NCBI RefSeq assembly: GCF_009914755.1
Contig: NC_060936.1
Source of the DNA: the human T2T-CHM13v2.0 reference genome, Homo sapiens
Length of the DNA: 64,000 bases
Reading direction: 5' to 3' (one strand)
Below, in pieces: positions 25,804 through 40,650 of this stretch. How positions within the stretch are numbered: position 1 is the first letter of the stretch; each line of letters starts with the position of its first letter. The notes beneath the pieces were generated by a model. It was not told where the DNA came from. It did not search any database and was given only the letters and a program-made list of their open reading frames with translations. The position numbers and the translations under genes are program-made.

Positions 25804-28800
25804 ACACTTAAAAATTAATTTTGGTGAAGAGCTGCAGTTAGTGCTATTAGGGCAGATGGAGCCCTTCAGTGACCCAAATCCTGCTACAGACACCATGAGG
25901 CTTCCTTGTCCAACTCGGACAACCCCCTGCCTCCTCTTAACCTTTTGGCTCTAAAAGGTTACGTATTATCTCTCATCTCTTGCTCAACCCCAGAGCTAGA
26001 CCCAGCCACTGGGCTCACTGAGGTGAAGTTTCTCCAGCCCTGTGGGACATTAAGGACCAGGTCTATGACTGGGGGCAGAGATGAAGCAGACTGAAGTCCT
26101 CAATAAAGAGCCAGAGGATGTGTTAGCCACAAAAGGGGGACATATCCTATGGCGAAAGTGCAGTCTCTGCTTCCTGCAGATGATTCTATGTGGCCTGGCC
26201 CAGGACAATGGGAGCTTTCCTTCAACCTCAAACAGCTGGTTCGGGGCACTTCTTCCCAGGAACTCAGCTTGTTTACCCTGTGGCCCAAATTCCCTCTTGA
26301 GCCCAAAGAAACCTCTGCAATAGAAGTCTGGCCCCAAACTTTCATAATCAGACCCTCTTCATTGGGTCTCCAGACACAGGGATACTAGACCAAGATGGGA
26401 TTGGGAGGCCCAGGTCAGCGTGGCCAGTAGGGAGAGGGGGAGCTGAGCCCAAGACAATGCTGCCCTGTGGCCTCTGCAGCCTGCCTGAGACCACAGGCGA
26501 GACGCACACATAGGCATCATTGCCCAGGCCATCCACTTCCTCCATGGCTCCCCAGGGCTCTCAGACCTCTGAGCTTGGCATAAAGCCTGCAGTGAGACTT
26601 CTGGACCCGTTAGTAAAGGCAGGAGAGGTGGGTAGGGGCCTGGGGCCTGAATGACGATGGGCAGCCATCATCAGAGCTTCCTAGGTTTGATGTCCAAAGA
26701 CAAACCAAGGGCTAGATGTGACTTAGAGTTTATTAGCATCATTGTCAGCAAGACAAAGCACTGTGTACAGGCGACCCAAAGCTGAGGATCTCTGCCCACC
26801 ATCAGCCCCTCCATCCTTGCCCTAACCCCCAACTCCAAGCCCCAAGGTGTTCCCTGGAGCAGATTCTGCCTCCTGGAGGCGCCAGGTGCAGGAGCTTTCC
26901 CTATCAACAAGCCAGCTTTCAGTTTCCTAAACCCACTTCATTAGGTTCAGGTGTGCCCACCCGCCCCCATCCCAAGCCCAATTACAATCTCACCTGCCAT
27001 GGTGGTAATCAGTAATTGTGCCAATTACTCTAACCGCCGGGTGCTGAGGATGAAAGGACCCACCCACACACTGCTGCTGAGATGCTTTCTTCCAGAGCTC
27101 TGTTTGCCTACTCTGAGTGGGACTGATATCTAGGTGCTCTCTGAGAACTCAATGTACCTTCTGCTCCCGACAACTTGCCTTTCCACCCCCACCAGAGGAG
27201 ATAGGGCCCGAGGCAAGTCAAGGGGGACAGAAAGCGCTTCCACATCTCCAAGGTGCTGCAGACAAACCTCGAGTCTGTTCTCAGCCAAGCAACTGAGTGA
27301 CACAAGAGTGATGTCTGTGCAGAGTCCATCAGGAGATCTGGGTTTGTGTTCTAGGTGCCTGGGGAAAACCTGAGATCCAGGGGGGATAAAAGGATCCTGG
27401 AATTAAAACGCATGCCACTCTGTGCTGTGGGCTGCTGCCCCTGGCCTGGAGTTCTTGTTGCCCTGCTCCCAGGGCCAAGAATGCTATCCTTATCTGGTTC
27501 TGTCCATCCTGGCCAGCCTTAGCCAGGTAGTACTAGGTGGCTTGGTTATATCACAGCATGCTTGGGGATGAACCAAAGTGAAGGAAGACATTACCAAGTG
27601 AAAAGATGCCTCAGTTCCTGTTTTAGGTGAGAAGGCTAAAGAGCTCCTGCTCCAGGTAACAGCACATGTGGAAGCTTTGGTCTCTTAGCTTAAGCAGTGG
27701 AAAGTGCTGTACAGATGCGCCTACCCACACCGGTACTGCCTTTTACCCTATCCTTGAGTACTGAAAACTAGGATTATTGGCCACAGAGCATTGTTTAGAA
27801 ATTGTGGCAGGGTATCATTTTCAGTCAATGATTTGTGAACATATATTTTTAATGGGGTTGTCTGGTTCCTAAGCACAGGTTATAGTTTCTGAGAACCCTC
27901 TCGTTATCAAGTAAATCTGATCCTTTCTATCATTTTTCACTAACAGAAAGGCTTTCAAAGAATGGAAACCAACCGTGGTCCCAGGGAGAGTCTCTGATGA
28001 GCTGGTCTTTGGAGTCTACCAGTTCAATGGAGATTGGGTGATGGCGATGGCCCTAATGATACTAAAAAGTCCCCTTCATCATATCCTTCAAATCACTCCC
28101 ACACCCACGCTCTGTCACTCCTGTTTCCCTGGGTCCCTGCACTTCACCTGGCATCCGATTAGGCCCTAAGAGAGCTCTTGCTGAGCCAACAGGTAGTACA
28201 GCATTGACAACAGGTGTGTGCTCTTGTGTTCCCAAGGTCTCTCGGGCCTCTGTTGATGTGCCTGTATTGTACTCCCTGCAGACTCCTCAGGTGCTGCACA
28301 AATACCAGGGCCCTTGCCTCCTAACCATTCAGGGCTTTCAGCCTCAACCTTCCCCAGACCACAGACTCTTACGCCTCCTCCACAGTTTCAAGCTCCTAAG
28401 CCACTAAGATAGGAATGTGAGAAAGGATACCACCTCCCTAGTCAAGCCCAAGCTTACCCTTCTGAGGTGTAAGCTCAGGCTGGATGGGAAGAGAGCTGGA
28501 GACTCTAAACCCAACCCTGCTATGGGCAGGAAACATAGGGCTCACTACGGAGTACCTGTGGTGCTGCTTAAATCTCCCCCACTCATGCCATTTGCTCACC
28601 TGATCAAGGTATCTACCTACACTTCACCTTTCCCCACTTCTACTCCCCAAACAAAAATATCTGCTTTTCTGACTTCAAAGAAAAGCAGAGACATTCCTGC
28701 CAATGAGACTCTTCAAAGCAAATTCCTCCCTAGCCAGTTATACTGAAGCCAGCATAGGAATCTGCATATGTGTGTGTATGTTTGCCTGTGCATGCAAGGA

Positions 28801-29064
28801 GGGAGGGTTGTGGAGGGAACTATGGGATGGGAGAAACCACAGCAACTCAGGGAGAAGAGGACGGAGGAAGATTCAGGTGGACAAAGCCTGGAGAGCAAAG
28901 GGTTGCCTCAGACTTGTAGATGCCAAGAGGGCTCACTTTTGCTTACTGAACTAAGTGGGGTTCAGTAACCAGTGGGGTGTTGACTACTGAACTGAGTCAA
29001 CTCCTTTGTCCATCCCGCCCACATGCTGAAGGACATGGACATCCCAAGTAAATTATCCTCCCAT

Positions 29065-29365
<301 letters not shown>

Positions 29366-29659
29366 TCCTCCTTTGGATTGTGTGAGCCAAGCAGTGGGGG
29401 CTAGAGGTATACGGGACACATCTAGGGCTAATAGATGCTGGTGGCAGACTGGATGACTGTACTTGAAGTGGAAGAGAAAGGTAAAATAAGCACAAGATGA
29501 GGTCATCTCCAGGACTAGGGAATTTGACAATTCCCAGGCAATTCTCTCAGGAGAGCTATGAGTGAACAATTCATGTTCATTTTCCTGGGAATGGCAATGA
29601 CATCTTCAGTTCCTCTGGATACTTCCGGCTTAAAACCTGGGCAAACTAAGAGATTCACT

Positions 29660-30945
<1,286 letters not shown>

Positions 30946-31013
30946 AGATTTATCTAGGAAGGAAAAAGAATGAAAGAGGGGCAGAAAGAGCTTTAAAGGC
31001 AAGTAGAGGTACT

Positions 31014-31315
31014 ATTTTTCTGTTTTGTTTTTTGAGACAGGATCTTGCTTTGTCACCCAGTCTGGAGTGCAGTGGCGTAATCATGGCTTGCTGTAGCCTC
31101 AACCTCCTAGGCTCAATCAATGATCCTGCCTCAGCCTCCCGAGGAGCTGGGACCACAGGCACAGGCCACCATATCTGGCTAATTTTTAAATTTTTTGTAG
31201 AGACAGGGTCTCACTATGCTGCCTAGGCTGGTCTCAAATTCCTGTGCTCAAGCAATCCTCCTGCCTTGGCCTCCCAAAGTGCTGGGATTATAGGCATGAG
31301 CCACTGTGCCTGGCC
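31014..31315 (-). mobile_element. Alu (J-like)
   Basis: TSD TAGAGGTACT. Confidence 0.92.
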
Positions 31316-31596
31316 TAGAGGTACTGTTGATATGATGAAAGCCTAGAGGATATTAAGTCCATAGGAGACAAGTCCCCCTCTCCCTTTTCTGTTGGCGATG
31401 TGGTGCCCATGTCTTAATTATCTTTGTATCTTCAAAGGTTGGCAGCCTGGTACATAATAGGTATTCAGTGGGTTTGGTGTATAGAATCAAATCCCCTTCT
31501 TGAGTAGGTTGTCTATGGCCCCAATATTGAAGTGAACAGAGAGTCAAGAATTAAATGCTGCTATTTGTCACTGACGTTAAGAAAAGAACAAAAGTT

Positions 31597-31912
31597 GGCT
31601 GGGCACGGTGGCTCACACCTGTAATCCCAGGACTTTGAGAGGCTGAGGCGGGCGGATCACCTGAGGTCAGGAGTTCCAGACCAGCCTGGCCAACATGGCA
31701 AAACCCCATCTCTACCAACAATACAAAGAAAAGAATTAGCTGGGCATGGTGGCACATGACTGTAATCCCAGCTACTGGAGAGGCTGAGGCATGAGAATCA
31801 CTTGAACCCAGGAGGCTTGAACCCAGGAGGCAGAGGTTGCAGTAAGCCGAGGTCTCACCACTGAATTCCAGCTTGGGTGACAGATTGAGACTCTGTCTCA
31901 AAAAAAAGAAAA
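31597..31912 (+). mobile_element. Alu (Sx-like) with an internal 15-nt tandem duplication (31801-31830)
   Basis: CTTGAACCCAGGAGG x2. Confidence 0.92.
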
Positions 31913-32959
31913 GGACCAAAGTTTAAGAAAACTTAAAAAATAATAATCAGAGCAAATCAATATTATCCTTATAATAATATTCTCATTTACTTAGATGACA
32001 TTCGCTTGAACAAGAAAGGAAGGGGTAGTGTTATAGCTGCCAGGGAGGGTGTTCATCACCAGGACACACACGTCCCACACATGAGCTTCAGCTGCCATGA
32101 CTGTCACACGCAGGAAGCCGATCAGTCTTGGTAGCTGTGCCCAAGCATCTTCACAGCTAAGAAAGTCAGACCTGCCAGATTCTCACATCAGTCTACAAAA
32201 TCAAAGGAGTTAATCTTGGCTTTCACAGACACACTCATACGAGTCAGGAGCAAGATCAGGAACACAGCAAAGTTTGAGCATTTCTGGCTGGGAATGGAAA
32301 ATGGTAAGGCATACAGATCCAGGACACTGAAGACTAGGATTTCCGAAAATGTGACCCTTTCCAGGCACCTATCCCTGAGCCATTCCCTTGTGGTTCTGAC
32401 TGCCATCTTGACTTCATCCCCTATGGAGAGGTCACCCCAAGCCTTATCAGGCATTGCCAACTCGATGTGAATTCATATATCAGATGATTTCCTGACATGA
32501 GCATTTGATGGGGGCGGGTTGGGTGGAGTGAGCTGAGGGCACGGGGGCAGGAGGGCATGAGGGCACTGGCTGCCTGAGGGGAAAAACTGGCAGGGAAAAC
32601 TGCCTAATGCAGAGTCCCACCCAGGGCCAGCCCTGAGCGTGTGGTCAGCTGAAGGGAGAGCCCACAAGCCGGGAGAGACAGGAATGCATTCTGGATGCCC
32701 CAGCACAGCTGAAAGCCATGTGGCCTCTCTGGGTCAGGGCCAGGAGCACAAGCAGACTAGCAATCAGACGGCGGAGGGAGAGACACATAGCATCTGGCTC
32801 AGTAAATAACAGCTTCCAGAGAAACAGCTTCACGTGAGTGCACCATGGAACGGATGCAAGGTTGTGAGCTGCTATCAGTCCATCAGCCCCACTCGCCATG
32901 TCAGCAACGCCCAGCTACCAGAAGGCTTTGAAGGCAAAGCCCAGCAACCTCAGAACAAT

Positions 32960-33160
32960 CCTAACAAACGTTTGTAAGGCACTTTACGATGTAGAGGTCT
33001 TTCAAATGCGTTATCTCCCTTGAGTCTCACAACATCCTCCAGAAAGTATGTATTTAAGACTGTTTTGTTTTGTTTATTTTGCAAAAGAGGAAACTGAGGC
33101 TCAGCAAAGATAAGAAACTAGGGACAGGCCTGGGACTTCTAACTCCAGACCTAATATGTT
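32960..33160 (-). mobile_element. MIR
   Basis: GAGGAAACTGAGGCTCAG core. Confidence 0.7.
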
Positions 33161-33169
33161 TCATGCCTT

Positions 33170-33335
33170 TGCTTTTCAATGTGTAGTCCACAGACCAGCA
33201 GCATTGGCTCACCCTAGGAGCTTGTTAGAAATATGGAATTGCAAACCTGGACCCCGTGAATCAGAGTCTACATTTCAACAAGATCCCCTGGCGATTCACA
33301 TTTTACATACACATTAAAGCTTGAGAAGCATTATT
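33170..33335. mobile_element. MER5A (hAT-Charlie)
   Basis: GACCAGCAGCAT...GGAGCTTGTTAGAAAT...TGAATCAGA...AACAAGATCCCC...TTGAGAAGCA. Confidence 0.8.
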
Positions 33336-35655
33336 TCTACCACATCAGACCACTCCTCATAAGCACCGGATGATCTCCCTGAGTCATACACTCTTAGGGC
33401 ATCTTAGCATTTTAGAGCTGGAAGGCAATTCTCAAAAGCTCTTAGGCCCACCCTGTCGTAGGACAAATAATGACACTGACACATTTGCAAAGCAAGTCCC
33501 TAGCAGAACAAAGGTAAAACCCAAAATCTCTCTTTTGACTCAAAACTCTTCCATTGTAACTGTCCTCTTCCTATTTCTTTACGTCTTTATTTTCATATTT
33601 GGTGCTTTATATTTGGGATTGTGTTGCTTTTTTTTTTTTTCTGTAACTGGCAGACCAGTTACGTACAATTTAGGCTAATAGTAAATTTCATTGCATTTTC
33701 TGAGCACGCATTAATAGAGAATGAAACAACAACAAGAAGAGAAGCAACAATGGCCTTTTCTAGCATGACCTCCTTTTTAGGGTCAGTCACATGACAGGTA
33801 GCTGCAGAAAACCAGCCTAGTATGAAAGATCAGTCCTAGATAATCTAGGACAATCATGGAGTTGCTTACAAATATACATTAGATGTAATAATATGTGGAG
33901 AGATCTACTTAATAATAATGTGTGGAGAGGTATCTGTATATCTGCAAGGATTTAGGCCACCCTATTAAAAGTGCACCTGGCAAGCACAAGTGCAGGACTT
34001 TGGCACTTTTCTAGTTAACTTGCTAAATATACGTGGCCAAACCAGATCATTCAGGCCAGTGGTGATTTTTGAACCTAAATATTCTGGTTTGGCTGTTTTC
34101 ATTTGTAAAATTAACCTGATACTTGCCAAATCACTGCTTCATTCATGCTCTATGAAGAGAAAAGTAATGCTCATGTGAGTGTGAACACACATGTGATTTA
34201 ATATGTGTATTTACATGTAACTCAGCTTTGTTGAAATGGTATGTACTCAGACATTCATCCCACAAATGGTGGGAAATCCAGGTATCTAATCCTAGTATGT
34301 CTAGGAATGTTTGAGGTGGGAATGGAGTTGGGCTTATGTTTCTTTCAGTCACTTCTGGCTCTAAGTTCCTGCTTCTATGGAATTTTATCTCTTTTTTTAA
34401 TGTCTTGCCTCTTGTGGACATTTCCACCTCCGCCTCCATTGGTTCAAACATGTAATTCAGCCCATATTTCTTAATTTCTCTAAGATGTTACCACAAAGGC
34501 CAGGCGGTGTCTACTGTATGTGGACTACTGTAGAGCTGAAAGTAACTGAGGGGCAGTTCTTTGCTGCATAACAGAATCAGTCGTAATGTTGATCATTAGA
34601 ATCTTTGTCCTTAAAAGTCTTTCAGTTCTTTCCTTTCCCCATATTCCCACCATGGGGAATTGTCTTCTACTTGGACTCAAGCCTCCTACCATGTTGTGGC
34701 TCCTTCCTCGTCCAATCTCCTTCTAAACTAACCAACACTCACCCACAAATTCCTATGTTGGTTATGTCTGTCTCAGTCAAAGCCCACTCCATGCAAGGAC
34801 TGCCTTCCACAACCCAAGTGGCCCATCATGGTGTTCGTTCAACAAAGTGCTTGAGGAAGAATTTTCCCTGTCAGTGACAGAGGCCCCTTTCCTAACACAC
34901 CAACACCTTGTGTTACAGACAGCAGTCCTTGTGCTAGTGTGTACATGTGAATGTGTGTGCAAGTATGGGTGAGAGCATATGTATGTACAAGTATGTGTAT
35001 GTGTGACTGTGTGTGTGCACATGCAGGGACAGCCCTAAGAATTAGATCAAATGTTATTGGGAAAAGGCACAAAGTAGATGTTTAGACTCACTCGTTAGGT
35101 GTTGGATCTAGAGCTAGGAAATCCCACATGTCAGTCTTATGAGGGCCCCAAGGAGGGGATTCCCTATACCCAGACTGCATCTGCTTGAAAATTAATTAAT
35201 TAATTGTGAAATGACATAGAGATGATGCAAAGGAAAATAAAGAGATAGAGCCATGGGGAACTGGAAAGACAGAAAAAGAATCCATTGAACAGCAAGTTCC
35301 AAGGTCATCTTGATTCTCAGAGACCTGGGCTACAGTGATTTGCCATACATGCCACTGGGAGGGACAAAGTTAGGTAGGAGTTTCTACTTCTTGGGCATGA
35401 AAGACCGTGGGGAGGGGGAGCAAGATGAGCTATATAGCCTCCCCATCCCCAGAGATCTCTGAGGCCCAACATAGCCCACCTGTAAAAATGGAGCCAGGTC
35501 CTGGCCTTCCTGGAGGGAGAAGGAGGGCAAGGATGAGCTCTAAAAGCGAAACCTAGTTTAAGAGATTTCCAAGCAAAGGAACATGAGCCCAGCTGCATCC
35601 CCAGAGTTAGAAGGAATGGCTTCTTGAGGGTTGGGGGAACAGGATGTGGTTAGGA

Positions 35656-35970
35656 TTTCTTATTTATTTATTTATTTATTTAGAGACAGATTCTTGCTCT
35701 GTCACCCAGGCAGGAGTGGAGTGGCACAATTATGACTCACTGCAGTCTCAACCAGCTGGGCTCAAGAAATCCTCCTGCCTTACCCTTCCAAATAACTGGG
35801 ACTACAGGCAGCACTCCCCAACATGCCTGGCTATTTTTTTTTTTATGTTTTGTTGAGACAGGGTCTCCTTCCATTGCCCAGGCTGGTCTCAAACTCCTGG
35901 GATTAAATGATTCTCCTGCCTCGGCCTCTCAAAATGCTGGGATTACAAGTGCAAGCCACTGTACCTGCTG
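35656..35970 (-). mobile_element. Alu (J-like) with (TTTA)n tail
   Basis: Alu consensus. Confidence 0.9.
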
Positions 35971-37006
35971 GGGTTAGCATTTCACCAGCTCCTTCTCTCA
36001 CACTGCTTATGTTCTCCAGGGTTTAGAGCCTCCAGAGGAGTGAGGGCTGTAGACAATGTGTTCAATGTCACACATGTCACAGGGAGACGCAGGCAAGACC
36101 AGGACGCCAGTGGACGAGTGCTAATGGCCTTCCCTATTGTGTGTCCAGGCAGCCCCACTGGGCCCTGGCATAAAGAGGCCCCTGAAGTCTGTGCTCTGCC
36201 CTTGTTGCAGGGCAGCACTGCCAAGCCCAGGAGAATCCTCTCTCTACTTACCTCCTCCAGCCCCACTAGATTCTGACCTGGCTTGAACAGCCATGCCCCT
36301 CCAACTGGGATGAGTTCTTCAAGGAACGAGAAATGGAGACTGCATCCCAGCTCCATCCCTGACTTCCTGTGTAACCTTTGCTAAGTTGCAGAATCACCTG
36401 AGCACCCATTTCCTTGTTTAGGGAATGGCAGTAATAATGACTACTTTGTGGGGTTGTTTTAGGATGAAATGGAGGGTACCCGACTTTGGTCTGGGGGACA
36501 GTGGAACTGGTCTGGCTTCCTCCAGGGCCACATCATGTTGTCCAGTGCTCAAGCACTGAGCACTTGAGGGCAGGGACAAGTCTCACTTATCTCTGTGCCC
36601 TCAGTACCTGGCACAGTGCCCAGCTCATTCTATGGTATCCAATAAGCATGTGTTGAGCTAAAGTTGGCAAGTCAGAAGGTCATGGAGAAGGAAGCATCTG
36701 ACAGGTTCTGTCTGTCACCTTCAAAGGGCAAGGATCTCAGTCCCCATCCCCACCCCAGGACCCACCTCCCCCAAGCCCCACCCAGCTCTCAGTGTCTCTC
36801 AGCACTTCCTCTTCGCCTCGTTTCTTTCTTGGGCCAAGGATCACCCTGGGAGTGTCCCATACGGGTGCGCTGTGATGACGTGCCCTGCTCTTGCCTAAGA
36901 TTAGGTTCCATAACTGCTCCACCTGAACCCAGGGCTCTGCACACTCCCTGGGTCCCATTACTCCATCAGGCCTGGACCCCCTCCCACCACACCCTCCTCA
37001 CTCACC

Positions 37007-37142
37007 TAGTCCAGATAAAATATAGGATACCCAATTGAATTTGAATGTCAGATGTACCTATACTAAAAGAAACCATTGTTTATCTGAAATTCAAATTTAA
37101 CTGGGCATCTTGTAGTTTTATTTGTGAAGTCTGGAAAGCCTA
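37007..37142. mobile_element. MER53-like palindromic hAT MITE
   Basis: CCAGATAAAATATAGGATACCCAATTGAATTTGAAT ... ATCTGAAATTCAAATTTAACTGGG...TCTGGAAAGCCCTA. Confidence 0.75.
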
Positions 37143-37719
37143 CCTAGGCAGTGCCTTTCTACCAACCATGGTCTTCCCTTCCTCCATACCTGTCTTCCAG
37201 TCCCACCAGAACCTAAATGACCTTAGCAACTGGGACCATTCATTCTTTTATTCACTGACTCATCCGACACATTTTTATTGCACATCTACCAAGTGCCAAG
37301 CCGTCTGCTAAGCATTGGGGTTACAATGATGGAAATATCAGACATAGCCCCTGCCCTGTAGAGTTTACATTCTGGAGTGAACAGCAAAGGTGAAGGTGAA
37401 GAAACAAATAAATAAAATTATTACAAAGTACAATCCATGCTATTATGAAAAGAAATCAAATAGAGGACTGAAATAGAAATTAGAAGAGGAGGGCTGGTTT
37501 GGACAGGGCAGTGAGGAAAACTTCTCTGCAGAGATGACACTCAGGTGGATGTGAAGAATGAAAATGGGGCCAGCTCAGTGTGTGTGTGTGTGTGTGTGTG
37601 CGCACGCATGCACATGCTGGGAGAGGATGGGATTCTAGGCCCTATGGTAGGAAAAGAAGTTTGACTAGTGGGAGCTGAAAGACTCAAGCACCTGGCCAAG
37701 GATAAGGGGTATGAGATAA

Positions 37720-38133
<414 letters not shown>

Positions 38134-38253
38134 TGATCCTCCCAAAAAGACAATTCTTCATACTTCCTGGAGATTGAAATGGAGGAGGTGAGGGTTGGCA
38201 GCAGGCAGGCCAGTCATGAGGCCACTGTGGAGTCCAGGTAAGAGAGGATTTCA

Positions 38254-39221
38254 TGGATGCATTAAGTCGAAATGTCCGCGAGGCCTCCAACAGAAGTCTC
38301 CAAGGGAACTGCTTCTGGGGGTCAGAACTCAGAGGAAGAATGGGGTTTGCCACCATACAGATGGTGTCTAAACCACAGAAACACAGCAGAGGGTACGGCA
38401 GGACCAAGTCCACGTGGCACTAGCTTTCCAGTCACTTTGGTGGCTTAGAAAAACCAGGGCCATGGTGGCCATTGAGAAGAATGGTGGCAAAGCAAGTGCA
38501 TTTTTTGTGGGATCTGGTGGACTGGACGATATATTGGATGTGAAAGGTAAGGCAGCACCAAGGACTGCAGTCTTCAGCAACTAGAAAGATGAAGGTGAGG
38601 CAGGCTAGATTGGGGGTGACAGGGGGGAATCAAGGGTTGTCATCTGGATGCATTAAGTCGAAATGTCCGCGAGGCCTCCAACAGAAGTCTCCAAGGGAAC
38701 TGCTTCTGGGGGTCAGAACTCAGAGGAAGAATGGGGTTTGCCACCATACAGATGGTGTCTAAACCACAGAAACACAGCAGAGGGTACGGCAGGACCAAGT
38801 CCACGTGGCACTAGCTTTCCAGTCACTTTGGTGGCTTAGAAAAACCAGGGCCATGGTGGCCATTGAGAAGAATGGTGGCAAAGCAAGTGCATTTTTTGTG
38901 GGATCTGGTGGACTGGACGATATATTGGATGTGAAAGGTAAGGCAGCACCAAGGACTGCAGTCTTCAGCAACTAGAAAGATGAAGGTGAGGCAGGCTAGA
39001 TTGGGGGTGACAGGGGGGAATCAAGGGTTGTCATCTGGATGCATTAAGTCGAAATGTCCGCGAGGCCTCCAACAGAAGTGTTCAAGGGAACTGCTTCTGG
39101 GGGTCAGAACTCAGAGGAAGAATGGGGTTTGCCACCATACAGATGGTGTCTAAACCACAGAAACACAGCAGAGGGGATGGCAGGACCAAGTCCACGTGGC
39201 ACTAGCTTTCCAGTCACTTTG
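38254..39221 (+). repeat. 391-bp tandem repeat: two full copies (38254-38644, 38645-39035) plus a 186-bp partial copy
   Basis: Exact 391-bp period; the ORF track gives identical translations 391 bp apart. Confidence 0.97.
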
Positions 39222-39245
39222 AAGAGAAACCTGCCAAGAGGCCTG

Positions 39246-39297
39246 AGAAGGAATCACAGACAAGGCAAGAAGGAATCACAGACAAGGCAAGAAGGAA
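39246..39297 (+). repeat. 22-bp tandem duplication AGAAGGAATCACAGACAAGGCA
   Basis: Two perfect copies plus a partial copy. Confidence 0.9.
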
Positions 39298-40365
39298 CCA
39301 GAAGGACAACGCCGCATGGGGAAGCAGAAGGGAGAAGAGAGGGCCTCCGGAGGGTAGTCAGCTGAGGCCGGGCTGCTGGGAGAGGACATGGGAGGCACAG
39401 AAGCTCTCCTCAGGCCGAGTTGCATATGAACAGCTGCAGTGAAGCAGTGGCTGGGGCTGGGGGAGGAAGTGGAGGCAGCAAGGGGCCCTGCTCTTGTGAG
39501 GAGGCGGCTGTGGAAGGGTCAGCGCGATGTACTGGCAAAGACGGATCCTGGAGAGGGATACTTTTAGAGATGAGAGGTAGAGCATGCTGATGGGAATGGT
39601 CCAGGAGAAAGCAGGGTGGGGTTAGGGGTCAGGGGAAGATATGAAAGACAGCTGAGGCACCCTCTCCCTCAGGTGCCCCCGTCTTCCTCCACAAAGGCGA
39701 GGGAGCCGCGGCTGTGGGACCTGGACCCAGGCTTGGATGGAAGGCAGAGGCCCAGCCCCCGCTCGGGTGGAGAAAGCCGCGGAGGGGAGGACCTGCCTTT
39801 GCTCTGGAAATAGAAAACCAACATTGGTAACTGAGTAACTCCCGGAGAGGGGTGCAAAGGCACTGGCAAAATCTGAAGGAACAAAAATAACCTGTCCCGC
39901 TTGGGCAGCGAGGTGGATCGGATGTAGGGGGTGCAGCGGCCTGACCTGCAGGGGCCACGGGGGCTCTTCCCAGTCCTGCTTGGCCACAGCCAGGAGCGAT
40001 GGTCCCTGGGAGGCAGAGCATCGCCAAGAAAAGGTCAGGTGCTCAGCCCCAGGCCGGCAAAGTCCCATTTCCTCTACCCACCGCCACTGCCTGCTCCGAC
40101 TGCAGCCTGGCGCACCACCCGGACGGACAGACAGACGGACAGACACACAGACAGAGGCGGGCCTCGCAGCCCCGGCCAGCAGAGAAGTCCTGCGCGCGGG
40201 AGCCAGCAAGGCCGCTGCCCTGCCTCCCTCCGCCCACCGCCCACCCTTCTCTGACCGCGCCAGCTGCGGGTCCCAGCTCCCCTCCCACACCCCTCCCGCC
40301 TGCAGGGGGCAGCCTTGACTGCCAGCCTCTCTCAGACCTCCCTCTCCTGCGGCCCCAAAGCGCGG

Positions 40366-40650
40366 GCTACACACCTGCGTACCTGAGCACCCCACACATC
40401 TGTGCACCCCACACACCTGCGCACCCCCACACACCCGCGCACCCCTCACACCCGCGCACCCCATACCCTTGTTCACCCCTACACACCTGCGCACCCCCAT
40501 ACACCTGTGCACCCCTACACGCCTACGCACCCCCTCACACCTGTGCACCCCCATACACCTGCTCACCCACACGCACCTGCGCACCCCACACACCTGCTCA
40601 CCCCCTCACACCTGCGCATCCCCCACACTTGTTCACCTCCACACACCTGC
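40366..40650. repeat. Minisatellite, 17-18-bp unit (CACACCTGCGCACCCCC[A/T]), about 16 copies
   Basis: CACCTG recurs on a 17-18-bp grid. Confidence 0.93.

Noticed and set aside
37007-37142. Palindrome as a novel hairpin RNA
   Set aside because: Explained by a MER53-like MITE; degenerate, with no evidence of processing
38254-39221. Repeat-spacer or CRISPR-like reading, and duplicated 70-aa ORFs
   Set aside because: Human DNA; the intervening segments are identical, so it is a plain tandem duplication and the ORFs are copies of non-coding sequence
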